Positions 9,544 through 21,256 of a stretch of 64,000 nucleotides of DNA are shown piece by piece; position 1 is the first letter of the stretch, and each line of letters starts with the position of its first letter. Source of the stretch: Microcystis wesenbergii Mw_QC_B_20070930_S4 (lineage in GTDB: Bacteria > Cyanobacteriota > Cyanobacteriia > Cyanobacteriales > Microcystaceae); the NCBI GenBank assembly GCA_007096525.1, contig SFAQ01000031.1, positions 15,666-79,665 of the forward strand, written 5' to 3'. A model generated the notes under the pieces. That model saw only the letters and a list, made by a program, of their open reading frames with translations, had not been told where the DNA came from and ran no database searches. A program made the position numbers and the translations under genes.

Positions 9544-10410
9544 TTAAACGGCTGTCAGGGTTTTTTCTAGAAGTTGTCGGGGAGTTTGAACCGAACCACG
9601 ACAGTGGATTTCCGCAGAATTATTGGGACTTTCAATCAGTTTAACTTTATCTAATTGGGCCCCTAATTGCCGGATACGTTCCTCTAATAGTTGAGCGATG
9701 TGTAGGGCAATATTTTCTGCGGTGGGGACTACTTCGGCAAAGTAGGGAATATCGTTATTTAAAAAAGTATGATCGAAGGGTTCCACTACCAATTCATCGA
9801 TCGCTTTTTGTAAATCCCCCAGATCTACAATCATACCGGTGCGGGGATCGATTTCCCCCGCCACGGATACTTCTAGGTGATAATTATGACCATGACCGTT
9901 TACCCTGGCGCATTTGCCGTAGATTTCCGAGTTTTGTTCGAGGGTTAATTGCGGTAAAGCCAAACGATGAGCGGCACTAAAATGGGTTTTGATAGTTAAA
10001 GTTGCTTCCATATCTTTTCCTTGATATTCTGCCCACAATTCGGGGTGTTCAAATAGTTGAATTTTGACCAATGGTAAATAGGGTGCTAATCTTTGCCAGA
10101 TAACTCTAGCGATATTTTCTGTGGTGGGTAGGGTTTGCTGAAATTCCGGCCAGACTTGATTGAGATAGGAGTAGTCTAATTGACTGGTTATCTCTCGTTT
10201 AATTACCTGTTTCACGGTGGAGAGATTTTCCACCATGCCATAAAGATTGAGTTCTTTGTATAGGGAGACGTATAATTCGTAATTGTGACCATGACCGGGA
10301 AAACGGCTACCAAGACCAAAAAGTCTTTGATTTTCGGCTTCGTCCCATTCTGGCAGATAATAGCGATGGCTGGCTGAAAACCGCGCTCGACGATTGATGA
10401 TGCAATCCAT
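9544..10410 (-). CDS. Two-domain 6-pyruvoyl-tetrahydropterin synthase / QueD family
   Basis: Two repeats of FSA(S/A)HR...GHGHNY; start reassigned to ATG 10410 (MDCIINRR). Confidence 0.88.
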   Translation of the reverse strand: MDCIINRRARFSASHRYYLPEWDEAENQRLFGLGSRFPGHGHNYELYVSLYKELNLYGMVENLSTVKQVIKREITSQLDYSYLNQVWPEFQQTLPTTENIARVIWQRLAPYLPLVKIQLFEHPELWAEYQGKDMEATLTIKTHFSAAHRLALPQLTLEQNSEIYGKCARVNGHGHNYHLEVSVAGEIDPRTGMIVDLGDLQKAIDELVVEPFDHTFLNNDIPYFAEVVPTAENIALHIAQLLEERIRQLGAQLDKVKLIESPNNSAEIHCRGSVQTPRQLLEKTLTAV

Positions 10411-10741
10411 AAATGTGGGCGATCGATGACTTTGTAAAGTTACGTTAACAGTAACCCCTTCTAGCATAAACCAGTTTTGTCTCCTCCGGCCTGGGGATCG
10501 GAGAAAGTTATCCCTCAATTCCGGCAGGATGCGATCGCTGTGAGTCGATAAGTAGTCGTGCAAAATTAATTTCCTAGTCGAGACAGGAGACTCCGAGACA
10601 GGAGACAGGAGACGGGAGACGGGATACAGCTATTAGGGATCGGATTTGAGTTTTCAGTTCACTGTTTCCTCACATCAGAAGTCTGACGGAGTAGTGGCTT
10701 AGATGTGTAATTAATTTTGCTTAGTTACTTAGTGAGAAAAT

Positions 10742-10952
10742 TTATCTTTGAGAAGGCAAAGGAATTGCTTTTTTACCACTAAAATAAACTTTCTAGCTTC
10801 TTCAATATTAATCATCACTTCCTCTAAAGTTTCCCCCTGAGTAATACAACCATCTAAATCTGGAATTAACGCGGTGTATCCGCTCTCTTCTTCGGGATAA
10901 ATTGAAATCGGATATTTAAGAGATAAAAAGTATTCTAATATTGGTGTTCCAT
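10742..10952 (-). pseudogene. HicB-family antitoxin pseudogene
   Basis: Core frame LEYFLSLKYPISIYPEEESGYTALIPDLDGCITQGETLEEVMINIEEAR; ATG 10952 and the tail SGKKAIPLPSQR* are each out of frame with it. Confidence 0.75.
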
Positions 10953-10960
10953 CGATAGGT

Positions 10961-11362
10961 CTAAATAGGTTTGACTAAATCGCCAACTTGAGCATTATCA
11001 AAAGGTTTTAATTCATCGGATTCTACCACTTCAGATTTATAACTCCTCAATCCCAAAGAAGAATTTTCTATTCTTTTTCTATAAGTTTTTTTCTGATCGG
11101 TTTCAATTATAGATATTTTATCTTGAACGAAAATAATTGTCCCCGTCCCTCTCACTAAGTCAAGATAGCCTAAAGACTCACCAGTCTGAGGATCTTTTAT
11201 TTCTTCTTCGCTTGTATTGTAAACTAACATTCTTTGCCCTTCTCGAATTCCACTAATTTCACCTCTATTGATCACTAATTTATAGTCGTCAATAACTTTG
11301 ACAACTTTGGCAGGAAAAGTTCCTTTAGGAGATAAAAGGGTAGTTTCTGTGACGTTTTCCAT
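10961..11362 (-). CDS. Hypothetical beta-rich protein (FlgT C-terminal-like pattern); paralog of 11409-11819
   Basis: Start reassigned to MENVTETTLL by comparison with the paralog; LVINRG..GI..G and DPQTGESLG motifs. Confidence 0.75.
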   Translation of the reverse strand: MENVTETTLLSPKGTFPAKVVKVIDDYKLVINRGEISGIREGQRMLVYNTSEEEIKDPQTGESLGYLDLVRGTGTIIFVQDKISIIETDQKKTYRKRIENSSLGLRSYKSEVVESDELKPFDNAQVGDLVKPI

Positions 11363-11408
11363 TATATTGACTGGATCAAGACAAAAATAATCTCTATAGC
11401 CGTTTTTC

Positions 11409-11819
11409 CTAACGTGGTTTAACCCAATCTCCAATTTTAGGATCTTCAAATGGCTTTAGTTCATCAAATTCAATGATTTCCGCTCTTTCTTTCGGTGATG
11501 CCAGATAAAAAGGATTTGAATTATCTAACTTTCTTCGGAATGTCTGTTTTTTATCGGATTCGATCGTAGCCATATTATCCTGTACATTTATGACCCGACC
11601 CGTACCTTTGACAATTTCTAGATAACCTAAAGATTCTCCCGTATTAGGGTCTATAATTTCTTCCTCGCTTATCCCATATATCAATACTCGGCGACCCACT
11701 TGAATTCTATTTCGTTCGCCTCGATTCATGACTAATCGATACGGATCAAGGATATTAACTATCTGGGCGGGGAATGTACCTTTAGGCGATAATAATGTCG
11801 TTTCAGTGAGGTTTTCCAT
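11409..11819 (-). CDS. Hypothetical beta-rich protein (FlgT C-terminal-like pattern)
   Basis: 136 aa; LVMNRG and IIDPNTGESLGYLEIVKGTG; 7 bp downstream of the preceding ORF. Confidence 0.75.
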   Translation of the reverse strand: MENLTETTLLSPKGTFPAQIVNILDPYRLVMNRGERNRIQVGRRVLIYGISEEEIIDPNTGESLGYLEIVKGTGRVINVQDNMATIESDKKQTFRRKLDNSNPFYLASPKERAEIIEFDELKPFEDPKIGDWVKPR

Positions 11820-11826
11820 GTTTCTT

Positions 11827-12426
11827 CTAGGGTTGACCGGTATTGAAATTTCTAGGAATGCTAGGCTTGATGATTATTTTTTCAATTAATTTGGGATCGT
11901 TTCCATCTAGGTCATCGATAATATTTTGATAGTTAGGATACGGCTGATTTAGAATAGCTTGTATTTTTCCATCATTTTGGATCACGTTTACGAAACCTAT
12001 TGCAATTAAATTTTCAAACCCGTCATCATCCGTGTAGTAGAAAGAAATATAGATATCATTCGCTAATAAATTTGATGCTTCAAGTAAGCATTGGATATTA
12101 TTATTCGCATCCTTTTGAACTCTTAGAATTTTAGGGATAATGCGCTGTTTAATTTCAGTCTCTAGCTTTTGGTTTACCTCCTGAAGTTGCTTAACTTCTG
12201 CCTCTAATTTTTGCTTCTGTCTAAGAAGCGTGTTAACAGCGCTTAACAAAGTAGCGATTAACAGCAAGGTGAAGAAACTGACAATAATTACTAGATCTAG
12301 AGGGATAGAAGTATTGAATGGATAACGAATTAAAGCAATACCTCCTAAAAATCCAAGAAGACCGAGTAAAACCCCTTGAATTTCGTTAAAACTAGACCAA
12401 ATTAACCCCCAAAAGTTATTTTTCAT
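11827..12426 (-). CDS. Hypothetical 2-TM + coiled-coil + soluble-domain protein
   Basis: Two hydrophobic stretches, heptad QKQKLEAEVKQLQEVNQKLE, beta-rich C-terminus. Confidence 0.75.
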   Translation of the reverse strand: MKNNFWGLIWSSFNEIQGVLLGLLGFLGGIALIRYPFNTSIPLDLVIIVSFFTLLLIATLLSAVNTLLRQKQKLEAEVKQLQEVNQKLETEIKQRIIPKILRVQKDANNNIQCLLEASNLLANDIYISFYYTDDDGFENLIAIGFVNVIQNDGKIQAILNQPYPNYQNIIDDLDGNDPKLIEKIIIKPSIPRNFNTGQP

Positions 12427-12486
12427 CTTTTTTGAAAACTCAAGAGACCGGTGATTAGCCAGTCCCTCAAGTCTTATCTATCTATT

Positions 12487-15400
12487 CTACTCGATTCCTT
12501 CGATACGGTCCTCCACTTCTTGATAAAGTTCCTGTAAGCGGTCTAAATTTTCCTGAGAAGTTTCCCAGTAACCGCGACCATTAACTTCTAACAGGGTTCC
12601 CACCATCTTGCGGAAAGAATTAGGATTGAGATTCATTAGACGCTGACACATTTCCTCATCTTGAATAAAAGTGGTGTTCACATCTTCATAAACCCAATTA
12701 TCCACCGCATCAGCAGTTGCCGACCATCCCATCGTATTAACCAAACGCTTCGATAATTCTCGGACTCCTTCGTAACCGTGACTTAACATTCCCTCGTACC
12801 ATTTGGGATTGAGTAACTTGGTGCGGGTATCTAAGCGCACGGTTTCCGATAAAGTACGCACCTGAGCGTTAGCGGTGGTAGTATCAGCAATATAGGCCGC
12901 CGGTTTTTTGCCATCATCGCGTAAACTAGCGACAACTTTGGTGGGATCCGAGTCGAAATAGTGGGAAACATCGGTTAAACTAATCTCGCTAGAATCCAAG
13001 TTTTGGAAAGTCGCTTCCGCAGTTTTTAAGGATGCTTCAAACAACTGACGATTATCGGCCATCATCCCGGGATTATCCGAGTCGAAAGCAAAACCCTTGC
13101 GGTTGAGATACATATTCTGTAACTCTTTTTCATCTTCCCAACTGCTATTTTCCACCGCGAGATTGATATTAGAAGAATAGGAACCGGAAGCATTAGAAAA
13201 GATGCGGGTGGCTGCCTGTCGAACCGTTAAACCCATTTCTTTTGCTTGTTCCATAGCGTGTTTGCGGACATAATTCATCTCTATCGGTTCATTTGCTTCC
13301 GCGGCCATTTTTACCCCTTGGTCAAGCAAATTCATCTGATTGATAAATAAATCCCGGAAGACACCAGAACAGTTGACCACCACATCAATGCGTGGTCTTC
13401 CCAACTCCTCTAGGGGAATTAATTCCAATTTATTCACCCGTCCCAAAGCATCGGGAACAGGACGAACCCCCACCATCCAGAGAATTTGTGCTAGGGATTC
13501 CCCATAGGTTTTGATGTTATCGGTTCCCCAGAGAACACAAGCGATGGTTTCGGGATATTTACCGCCATTATCCAGTTTTTGCCGTTCTAACAGGCGATCT
13601 ACCACGATTTTAGCCGATTTTACCGCCGCTAGGGTCGGGATAGACTGGGGATCTAAAGCGTGGATATTTTTACCCGTCGGTAAAACTCCGGGGTTACGGA
13701 TGGGGTCGCCACCGGGACCGGGAAGAACGTATTCCCCTTCCAATGCTTTTAATAGGGCCCCTAATTCATTATCGGCACAAACCTGTTCTAAACAGAATTC
13801 TAGGTATTCAAACAGGGGTTTTAACGCTTCCGGATCAACTTTTGGATAACCCATCGACCGTAAAGTTTCGATCCAAGGCGATTTCTTGCCTATATTCAAG
13901 AAATTCAGCTTAGAAAGCATCGATACCCGACCTTCCGCGTCGGTTTGGGACTCGACTAAAGTTGCGACGGCAGCGCGAGTCGCTAGGGTGATGTTTTGCA
14001 GTAGTTCCACATCCTCTAACACACCTCGATCGCTATTGCGATAAACTTCCTCTATATCCCGGCCGATGCTGTTGGCAATAATCCGGGGTAAGGAGAGTAA
14101 ATCGTCCTCTTCCCGGTCTAAACTGGCAATATTGACCAAAGTTGCCACTGCTTCGAGCGCCGAGGGGGGTTTCCCGATAACATGAAGTCCGCAGGGAAGC
14201 AAGCGCGATTCAATTTCCATCAGTTTACGATAGACAGAACCGACAATATTATCCCGTTCCTCTTGACTGAGATGGGCAGTGTCACCATCCCTTCGGCCTG
14301 GCTCAGGGCAAGCAGGTAAACTTATATCTTTGTCGAGATTGACTAAGAAACATTTATCAACAATAGTATTGACAATTTGCACCCCACGCCCACTATCTTT
14401 CAGGGTTTGGTAGGAACCGATCAACTCGCTTAGTTCTTTTAACCCTTTGTAGAGTCCGGCATTTTCTGCGGGAGGAGTAAGATAGGAAATAGTTTCCGCA
14501 TAACTACGACGTTTAGCGATCGTCGCTTCGCTCGGGTTATTAGCGGCATAATAGTAGAGGTTGGGAATCATCCCGATGAGGTTATCGGGGTAGCATTCTC
14601 CAGACATTCCCATCTGTTTCCCCGGCATAAATTCTAGGGATCCGTGGGTGCCAAAATGGAGAACCGCATCTGCTTTCCAGACTTGATTGAGATAGGTGTA
14701 GTAGGCTGCAAAACCGTGGTGGGGACTAGCAGAACGAGAAAAGAGCAGACGCATCGGATCCCCTTCATAACCGAAGGTGGGTTGAACCCCAATAAAAACA
14801 TTACCGAACTCTTTCCCGTAGATTAATAGATTTTGTCCATCACTGTTGAGGTGTCCCGGTGGTGGTCCCCAATTTTCCTCTAAACGGACGGAATAGGGGG
14901 TTAAACGTTCGTATTCCGGTACGGACATCCGATAGGCGATATTTAGCTCCGGACTATGGTATTGTGCTTGAGCATCATGAATTACCGCTTCCATCAGTTC
15001 TTGGGGAGATGCGGGTAAGTCTTGCAAGTCATAACCGTTATTTTGTAACGCTTGCATCACTTCGTAGATGGAACCGAACACATCTAGATAGGCTGCGGTT
15101 CCCACATTCCCTTTATCGGGGGGGAAACTAAAGACGGTGATGGCGACTTTTTTGTTTAGTTTCGGTTTCTTTCTTAGGGTAGCCCATTTTAGCGCCCGTT
15201 GAGCGATCGCTTCTACCCGATCCTGTAAGGCGATCGCTTTACCCGTGGCCCCATCCCGGCCTGATAATATAATAGGTTCGATCGCACCGTCTAATTCCGG
15301 AATAGCAATCTGTAGCGCTACTTGAATCGGGTGTAACCCTAAATCGCTTTCTTCCCATTCCTGGGTGGTTTGGAAAACTAGCGGTAACGCGCACATATAG

Positions 15401-16497
15401 GGACGATTGAGACGTTTTAAGGATTCTATCGCTTTCGGATGATCTTGTCGCGCTGGACCTCCCACTAAAGCAAATCCTGTCAGGGAAATTACCGTATCGA
15501 CGATGGGAACCGCTTCTACTCCTTTTAAGCTTTTATCCCAGAAATATTCTTCTACGGGTTTAGAAAAGTCTAATCCCCCAGCAAAAACGGGAAGGACTCG
15601 CGCACCCATAGACTCGAATTCCTGCACGAGAGCGACATAATGAGCGTCATCACCAGTAACGAGGTGAGTTCTCTGTAAAATTAAGCCAACACAGGGAGCT
15701 AAGGGGTCTTTTAAGTCATCGGCAATATCACTGCGGTTATTGTACCAAGCGAAGTATTCCTTGACATCCTCGAACATTTTCATGGATAAAGGATGCCAGA
15801 TACCGAGATCTGGATAAACTACTGGTTCTTGGTAAACTACGCTGTCATCCTTGTGATCGAAGACGTACTTATCGGCCAACATTAACAGGAAGTTCTCTAA
15901 ATTTTCTGCGGAACCCCCTAGCCAATACTGGAAACTTAACATAAAGTTGCGTGCGTCCTGAGCTTTTTCCATGGGGAGGTATTTCAGGACTTGCGGTAAA
16001 GTTCGCAATAACTTTAACATCGCATCTTGGAAACCAGCACCGGAGTTTGACCTGCGCTTTTTCATAAAATTAGCGATGACACTCTTAGACTGTCCCAATT
16101 GGGCCATGGAAAAGCTGCCTAATTTATTTAAGCGCATTACCTGGGGCATGGAGGGAAAGACGATCGCCGCGTCTAATTTATCCCGATGGGGACTGACAGC
16201 GGCCACAACTTTATCGGCTAAATCTTCGATAAAGATGAGAGAAGCAATGAAAATATTAGCTTTGGCTACATCCTCCTGAAAATTGCGATAGTTTTCCCCA
16301 TCGCGCAGTTCTTCGATTAAATAACCACTAATTTCGATCGCTAGTTTCCGGTTGTTAGCGTTGATTTCCCTGACCGCACTACTCAGCGCACTTTGGTACT
16401 GAGGTTCTAGCACGACATAGACCACCTTGACCAGCGATCGACCATTCAACGCGTCGGGAACTATGTGACGAATGGTGGACTTGACGTGAGTGAACAT
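12487..16497 (-). CDS. chlH: Magnesium chelatase subunit H
   Basis: 1336 aa; [36 protein letters not shown]. Confidence 0.97.
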   Translation of the reverse strand: MFTHVKSTIRHIVPDALNGRSLVKVVYVVLEPQYQSALSSAVREINANNRKLAIEISGYLIEELRDGENYRNFQEDVAKANIFIASLIFIEDLADKVVAAVSPHRDKLDAAIVFPSMPQVMRLNKLGSFSMAQLGQSKSVIANFMKKRRSNSGAGFQDAMLKLLRTLPQVLKYLPMEKAQDARNFMLSFQYWLGGSAENLENFLLMLADKYVFDHKDDSVVYQEPVVYPDLGIWHPLSMKMFEDVKEYFAWYNNRSDIADDLKDPLAPCVGLILQRTHLVTGDDAHYVALVQEFESMGARVLPVFAGGLDFSKPVEEYFWDKSLKGVEAVPIVDTVISLTGFALVGGPARQDHPKAIESLKRLNRPYMCALPLVFQTTQEWEESDLGLHPIQVALQIAIPELDGAIEPIILSGRDGATGKAIALQDRVEAIAQRALKWATLRKKPKLNKKVAITVFSFPPDKGNVGTAAYLDVFGSIYEVMQALQNNGYDLQDLPASPQELMEAVIHDAQAQYHSPELNIAYRMSVPEYERLTPYSVRLEENWGPPPGHLNSDGQNLLIYGKEFGNVFIGVQPTFGYEGDPMRLLFSRSASPHHGFAAYYTYLNQVWKADAVLHFGTHGSLEFMPGKQMGMSGECYPDNLIGMIPNLYYYAANNPSEATIAKRRSYAETISYLTPPAENAGLYKGLKELSELIGSYQTLKDSGRGVQIVNTIVDKCFLVNLDKDISLPACPEPGRRDGDTAHLSQEERDNIVGSVYRKLMEIESRLLPCGLHVIGKPPSALEAVATLVNIASLDREEDDLLSLPRIIANSIGRDIEEVYRNSDRGVLEDVELLQNITLATRAAVATLVESQTDAEGRVSMLSKLNFLNIGKKSPWIETLRSMGYPKVDPEALKPLFEYLEFCLEQVCADNELGALLKALEGEYVLPGPGGDPIRNPGVLPTGKNIHALDPQSIPTLAAVKSAKIVVDRLLERQKLDNGGKYPETIACVLWGTDNIKTYGESLAQILWMVGVRPVPDALGRVNKLELIPLEELGRPRIDVVVNCSGVFRDLFINQMNLLDQGVKMAAEANEPIEMNYVRKHAMEQAKEMGLTVRQAATRIFSNASGSYSSNINLAVENSSWEDEKELQNMYLNRKGFAFDSDNPGMMADNRQLFEASLKTAEATFQNLDSSEISLTDVSHYFDSDPTKVVASLRDDGKKPAAYIADTTTANAQVRTLSETVRLDTRTKLLNPKWYEGMLSHGYEGVRELSKRLVNTMGWSATADAVDNWVYEDVNTTFIQDEEMCQRLMNLNPNSFRKMVGTLLEVNGRGYWETSQENLDRLQELYQEVEDRIEGIE

Positions 16498-16889
16498 ATA
16501 TGATGGTTCTCCTTAGGATTGCTGAGTCTGGTATGAAGTGATTTTCGTCATCTGATGACGATCGCCCTTTGTTTAAGGTGTTTAGATATATATGTTTCTG
16601 TTTTGTATCAGAAAATGTCACCCAAATGAGCATTTACTCTGGGTTTCGACACAATTTGATAAATATCTTGCCATATTTTGTAACAGATGGTAAAGAGCTT
16701 TTTGAGTAACTGCTCAGGCTTTCCTTTACAAAAATTAATATTTAATCTATTGACTTTTAATTGCAAAAATGCTAATGGTTAGCACCTCAGACGAGATGTC
16801 CCTGTTCAAAGATGATCAGGGTGAGGATTCGAGATCATCTCATAGAGAGCTGCAAGTGCTATAACTCAATCAAGATCAGCTTTTTGTGC

Positions 16890-17118
16890 TAGACCTCTGG
16901 TAAAAATCAAAAATTGTTGTTAGGGTGAGGAGTTATCTATGGCGGTTCTCGCATCTGTGCGGCACACTTAAACCTTTGCTGATTAAGCTGTTCAGGATCG
17001 GGAATGTACCTCTTGTGAATCAGAAACGCTATAAATCCTGTTTAAAAAGTATAGGAAAGTGGAGGGTGCCGGAGCTGCGGAGCAGCAAGAAACAATCGAT
17101 AACTAGGCCAGAGGTTTA
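16890..17118. mobile_element. MITE (TAGACCTCT termini) with a nested second element at about 16938-17033
   Basis: TAGACCTCTGG ... CCAGAGGTTTA; first ~40 bp shared with 50043; inner TATGGCGGTTCT ... AGAAACGCTATA. Confidence 0.7.
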
Positions 17119-17415
17119 CTAAAAATTATGTCAATGACTGAAACGCTCATTGATCATTCCTAATTGAATTTCATCAAAAAATTATGGGATCGCTACAGCG
17201 TTTCTGATCAAGAGGAAGTATAACTTGATAGGGTTTCGTCTCGGAGTCTCCCCAAAACGAAACCCTCATAACTCACCATTAGGATAACTACTATATGTAG
17301 TAGAATACAATGAGAAACACCAACTAAACCTAGCAGATTTTAACAGTTGATAACTCCGATAGTTAATTTGTATTATTCGGTGATAAACCCTATTATTTTC
17401 AGTAACCGATCAACA

Positions 17416-18291
17416 ATGTTTTTTAATTGGATAACTTTACCCTATTTATTAATTAATCCTGTTTTAATTCCCTTGAGTATAGCTCGATCGGAAACTATTC
17501 TTGTTCGAGAAGTCAGCGATCCTAATTATCAAAAACTGGTGCAGTACGCTCAAAATCAACAACTCGATCGCTTACCGATGGCTGATATAATTCAGAATAT
17601 CGCCACTCAATTTTTAGGAGCAAAATATCAAGCAGGATTACTCGATCGCTCGGCAACAGAAAAATTATTTATCTCTTTAAAAGAGTTTGATTGTGTCCTC
17701 TTTGTGGAAACAGTTCTCGCTTTGAGTCACAATTTTGCTTTAAAAAATTATCACTATTCTGCTTTTAGTCAGCAGGTTTTAAATCAACGTTATCGCCACG
17801 GTATTCTCGACGGTTATTGTAGTCGTCTGCATTACTTTTCCGATTGGATTAATGACAACCAAAAACGAGGCAATCTAGAAAATATTACTCAAAAATTAGG
17901 TGGAATTACTCTTGACAAAAAGCTCAATTTTATGAGTCAAAATCGCCGCTTATATCCCCAGTTAAAAAGCCAAGATAATTACGATTGTATTCAACAGGTA
18001 GAACAGCAATTAGAAAGCTTATCCTTAACCTATATTCCCACCGCTAAGATTAAAGATATTTATCCACAACTACAAGCTGGCGATATTATCGGTGTTGTGA
18101 CTAATATCGCTGGTTTAGATACCACCCATACCGGTCTAGTTTATCGCTTTTCCGATGACAAAATTGGCTTAATTCATGCCTCTCCTGCTGGTCAAGTTAC
18201 CATTGCTAAAGACCTACAAAAATATATCACTAAAGTGGACAAAGCCATCGGTATTTTTGTCGTTCGTCCCCTTGATCCAAGAAATAATTAA
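17416..18291 (+). CDS. DUF1460 / AmiA-like N-acetylmuramoyl-L-alanine amidase-like protein
   Basis: [28 protein letters not shown]; start reassigned to ATG 17416. Confidence 0.82.
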   Translation: MFFNWITLPYLLINPVLIPLSIARSETILVREVSDPNYQKLVQYAQNQQLDRLPMADIIQNIATQFLGAKYQAGLLDRSATEKLFISLKEFDCVLFVETVLALSHNFALKNYHYSAFSQQVLNQRYRHGILDGYCSRLHYFSDWINDNQKRGNLENITQKLGGITLDKKLNFMSQNRRLYPQLKSQDNYDCIQQVEQQLESLSLTYIPTAKIKDIYPQLQAGDIIGVVTNIAGLDTTHTGLVYRFSDDKIGLIHASPAGQVTIAKDLQKYITKVDKAIGIFVVRPLDPRNN

Positions 18292-19109
18292 CCCTGAATT
18301 GCTTTAGCTAATTGAATGTGCAGTTTATGACTGGCTTTAAAAGCCATGTAATGAGCAGTAGGAATGGTTCCCAGTAAACTCAAATCACCAATTAAGTCCA
18401 ATAATTTATGTCTTGCTGGCTCATTATCAAAGCGCAGAGGAGGATTTAACCATTGATTTTGATCGCAGACTAAAGCATTTTCTAAACTGCCTCCTTTAAT
18501 TAAACCAGCCTTTTGCAGATACTCAATTTGATCAGCAAAACCGAAAGTCCGGGCGGATGCGATCGCCTCTTGAAAACTTTCTTGATCAGGACTCCAACTA
18601 TACCATTGATTACCGATAGGTTTATAGGCAAAATCAATACCGTAGGTAAAGCGTAATTCAGGGGAAGGAATCGCCGCTACAAAAGCATCTCCTTCGTACA
18701 ACCAAATCGGTTGAGAAATAGTTAAATCTGATGGAGAAAAAGAGTTATTTAAACCAGCATTTTCGATCGCTTCCACCCAGATTTTAGCCGAACCATCGAG
18801 GAGGGGAATTTCCGCACCATCCACCTCAATGCGAGCATTCTCTACCCCCAAAGCGGTTAAGGCCGCTAATAAATGCTCAACAGTTCTAACCTTTGCTTCT
18901 CCTTGTCCCAATTCCGTTGATAAAGTCGTTTGGTAAACCGAAGAAACTAGAGCGGGAATAATTGGTTGATTGGCTAAATCTCTGCGGACAAAATAACGTC
19001 CTTCTCCCAGATTGGCCCCACAGACGCGCACCCGTGTTATCTCCCCCGAATGTAGGCCAATTCCCGATAATTCAAATTGTTTAGGGATAGTAGAAACCAT
19101 AATTATCAA
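18288..19109 (-). CDS. lpxC: UDP-3-O-acyl-GlcNAc deacetylase
   Basis: [32 protein letters not shown]. Confidence 0.96.
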   Translation of the reverse strand: MIIMVSTIPKQFELSGIGLHSGEITRVRVCGANLGEGRYFVRRDLANQPIIPALVSSVYQTTLSTELGQGEAKVRTVEHLLAALTALGVENARIEVDGAEIPLLDGSAKIWVEAIENAGLNNSFSPSDLTISQPIWLYEGDAFVAAIPSPELRFTYGIDFAYKPIGNQWYSWSPDQESFQEAIASARTFGFADQIEYLQKAGLIKGGSLENALVCDQNQWLNPPLRFDNEPARHKLLDLIGDLSLLGTIPTAHYMAFKASHKLHIQLAKAIQG

Positions 19110-19192
19110 GTAATAAAGCTTTTATCAGTGAACAACAAAAAGAACTAAATTTATCGATAACTGATAACTGATAACTGATAACTGATAACTGA

Positions 19193-21256
19193 TTAGAATC
19201 GTTCCCCGATACCGAAATGGAGACGAGAACTACCATCGACATTAAAACCGTAGTCAACCCGAATTTGGCCGACGGGAGACTGTACCCGAACACCTAAACC
19301 GTAACCGAGACCAGTACCGGGTAAATCCCGGACAATCCCGGGTTGACCGGGGACATCCCCTTGGGAACCAATAGTAGTGCCGAAATCGACAAATAAAGCC
19401 CCCCCGATAATGGCGACAATGGGAAAACGATATTCGGCCGTCGCTTGGAAATAACTGCGACCGCTACCCACTTCTCCCTCGGCGTAACCCCGTACAGAGT
19501 TACTACCCCCCACAATAAAAGCATCGTAGGGGGGTAAATCGCCTAATACTGTCCCTGCTTGCACATTAAAAGCGAGGGATTGCTGACCTTTAAAAATATC
19601 GGTTTCAAAGAGATTAAAGGAATTAATAAAGCGAACGGGGATAAAGTAACTGTAACTACCCCGAACACGAGTGCCGAAAATACTGCCAGAACCGACCGGA
19701 ATAGTTTGTTCTAAACCTAGACGCAGGAAAGAACCACTGGTAGGCTGCAGGGGATTGTCGCGAAAATCCTGAATAGCGCCAATATTTAGGGAAAGTAGAT
19801 CATCGATCCCAGAGGAACTAAAAGCCAGTTGTTGACTGCCAAAACCATTGAGAGGTGCAGACAGGGGGGAGATGTCACCACTGGCATTTTGCACCTGTAC
19901 CTGTTGATAGTTAAAGCCTAGGGAAACCACCCATTTTGGTTTTGTAAACACATCAGGGGCCAAAGGACGAACAAAAGTAATACCGCCACCCGTCCGGACG
20001 ATACGGGGACTATCATTATCGTTAAGCGTCCGAATTGAGGAATTTTCCCCATCATAAACTAGAGAAATCGACTGTCGCCGGAAAACGTTGACCGTGTAGG
20101 AAGTGCGGAAATTATCCTTGGCAATCCAAGGATCGGAAAAACTCAGATCAAATAACAATTCCCGTTCCCCTAACTGGACTTCCGCCCCTAAAGTTTGGTT
20201 ATTACCGCCAAAATTGCGCTGTTGATAGCTAACAGTCCCGAATAAGCCCGCATTCGAGCTAATACCACCCCCAGCGGCCAGGGAACCGGTGTTACCTTCC
20301 ACCACATCGACGTTAACGATTACCTCCCTTGGGTCGCTGCCGGGGGAAAAAGACAGACGCACATCCTCGAATAAACCGAGACCGAAAACACGCTGTAAAT
20401 CCTGTTGGGCGGTATTGCGGTTAAAAATATCCCCCGCTTTTAGGCGCATTTCCCTAGTAATGATAAATTCTCTGGTTTTACCCTTGACCGGTTCCTGTTC
20501 GACGTTAAAGTAGCGTACTTGAATTTTTTCGATTAAACCTTCGGAAATGACCAGAATCACCCGACCATCGGGAGTGACTTGGGGCGCACCAATTACCTGG
20601 GCTAGATCATAGCCGTTTTTGCTGTACCAGTCATTGATTTTTTTTACCCCCGCCTGTAATTCCCGCAAATTCAGGGTTTTGCCGTATTGACTGGCGAAAA
20701 TTTCCTCGACCACCCCGGCAGGTAAAATCGATTTGTCCACGGTTTCTGGGGCAATTTGAATCTGTACGCCCTGAAAAACGGGGTTAGGTTGCACCTCGAA
20801 GGTGACTCGCACCCCTAGGGGCGTATCTTGGGGAACTGCCCGCACATCGGCAAAAAAGCCCGTGGCAAAAACGGCGTTAATATCTTCTTGTAGTTGCGAT
20901 CGAGTCGTGCTGCGTCCGGGTCGGGTACGAATGGTATTATAAACTAGATTTTCTAATTCTCGATCAGCCCCCTGTACTACCACTTCAGCCACCAAGACCC
21001 GCGACTCCTCGGCCTGCGCTGGTGGGGGTGTTGTGCTAGTTTCTGGAGGGGTTGGGGTTTCCGGCGGCGGTAGCACGGGTGGAGTAGTTTCTCCCGTCGC
21101 GGGAGGCGACTGTACTAGCTGATCGACCCGGGGAAAAACCGTCTCTGGGGGTTCTTCTTCGGCCATTACCGTCCCGTGAAATAATCCGAAAATAGCCAGC
21201 AGCAAGGCCAGCGAGGAATATCGCCTCGAAAAATTGAGATTTTTAAGCACTTCCAC
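19193..21256 (-). CDS. bamA: BamA/Omp85 outer-membrane assembly protein
   Basis: POTRA-like repeats, VRGY motif, C-terminal HFGIGERF. Confidence 0.9.
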   Translation of the reverse strand: MEVLKNLNFSRRYSSLALLLAIFGLFHGTVMAEEEPPETVFPRVDQLVQSPPATGETTPPVLPPPETPTPPETSTTPPPAQAEESRVLVAEVVVQGADRELENLVYNTIRTRPGRSTTRSQLQEDINAVFATGFFADVRAVPQDTPLGVRVTFEVQPNPVFQGVQIQIAPETVDKSILPAGVVEEIFASQYGKTLNLRELQAGVKKINDWYSKNGYDLAQVIGAPQVTPDGRVILVISEGLIEKIQVRYFNVEQEPVKGKTREFIITREMRLKAGDIFNRNTAQQDLQRVFGLGLFEDVRLSFSPGSDPREVIVNVDVVEGNTGSLAAGGGISSNAGLFGTVSYQQRNFGGNNQTLGAEVQLGERELLFDLSFSDPWIAKDNFRTSYTVNVFRRQSISLVYDGENSSIRTLNDNDSPRIVRTGGGITFVRPLAPDVFTKPKWVVSLGFNYQQVQVQNASGDISPLSAPLNGFGSQQLAFSSSGIDDLLSLNIGAIQDFRDNPLQPTSGSFLRLGLEQTIPVGSGSIFGTRVRGSYSYFIPVRFINSFNLFETDIFKGQQSLAFNVQAGTVLGDLPPYDAFIVGGSNSVRGYAEGEVGSGRSYFQATAEYRFPIVAIIGGALFVDFGTTIGSQGDVPGQPGIVRDLPGTGLGYGLGVRVQSPVGQIRVDYGFNVDGSSRLHFGIGERF

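Noticed and set aside
9544-10410. Duplicated-domain PTPS/QueD
   Set aside because: Two-domain forms are known in cyanobacteria; nothing else unusual seen
13511-16279. Antisense or overlapping short ORFs within chlH, and similar ones in nrt, bamA, lpxD, pgi and the permeases
   Set aside because: Shadow ORFs of well-supported genes with no motifs
17230-17265. 10-bp hairpin AGGGTTTCGT/ACGAAACCCT
   Set aside because: Isolated hairpin with no U-tract or other support; likely a common dispersed repeat
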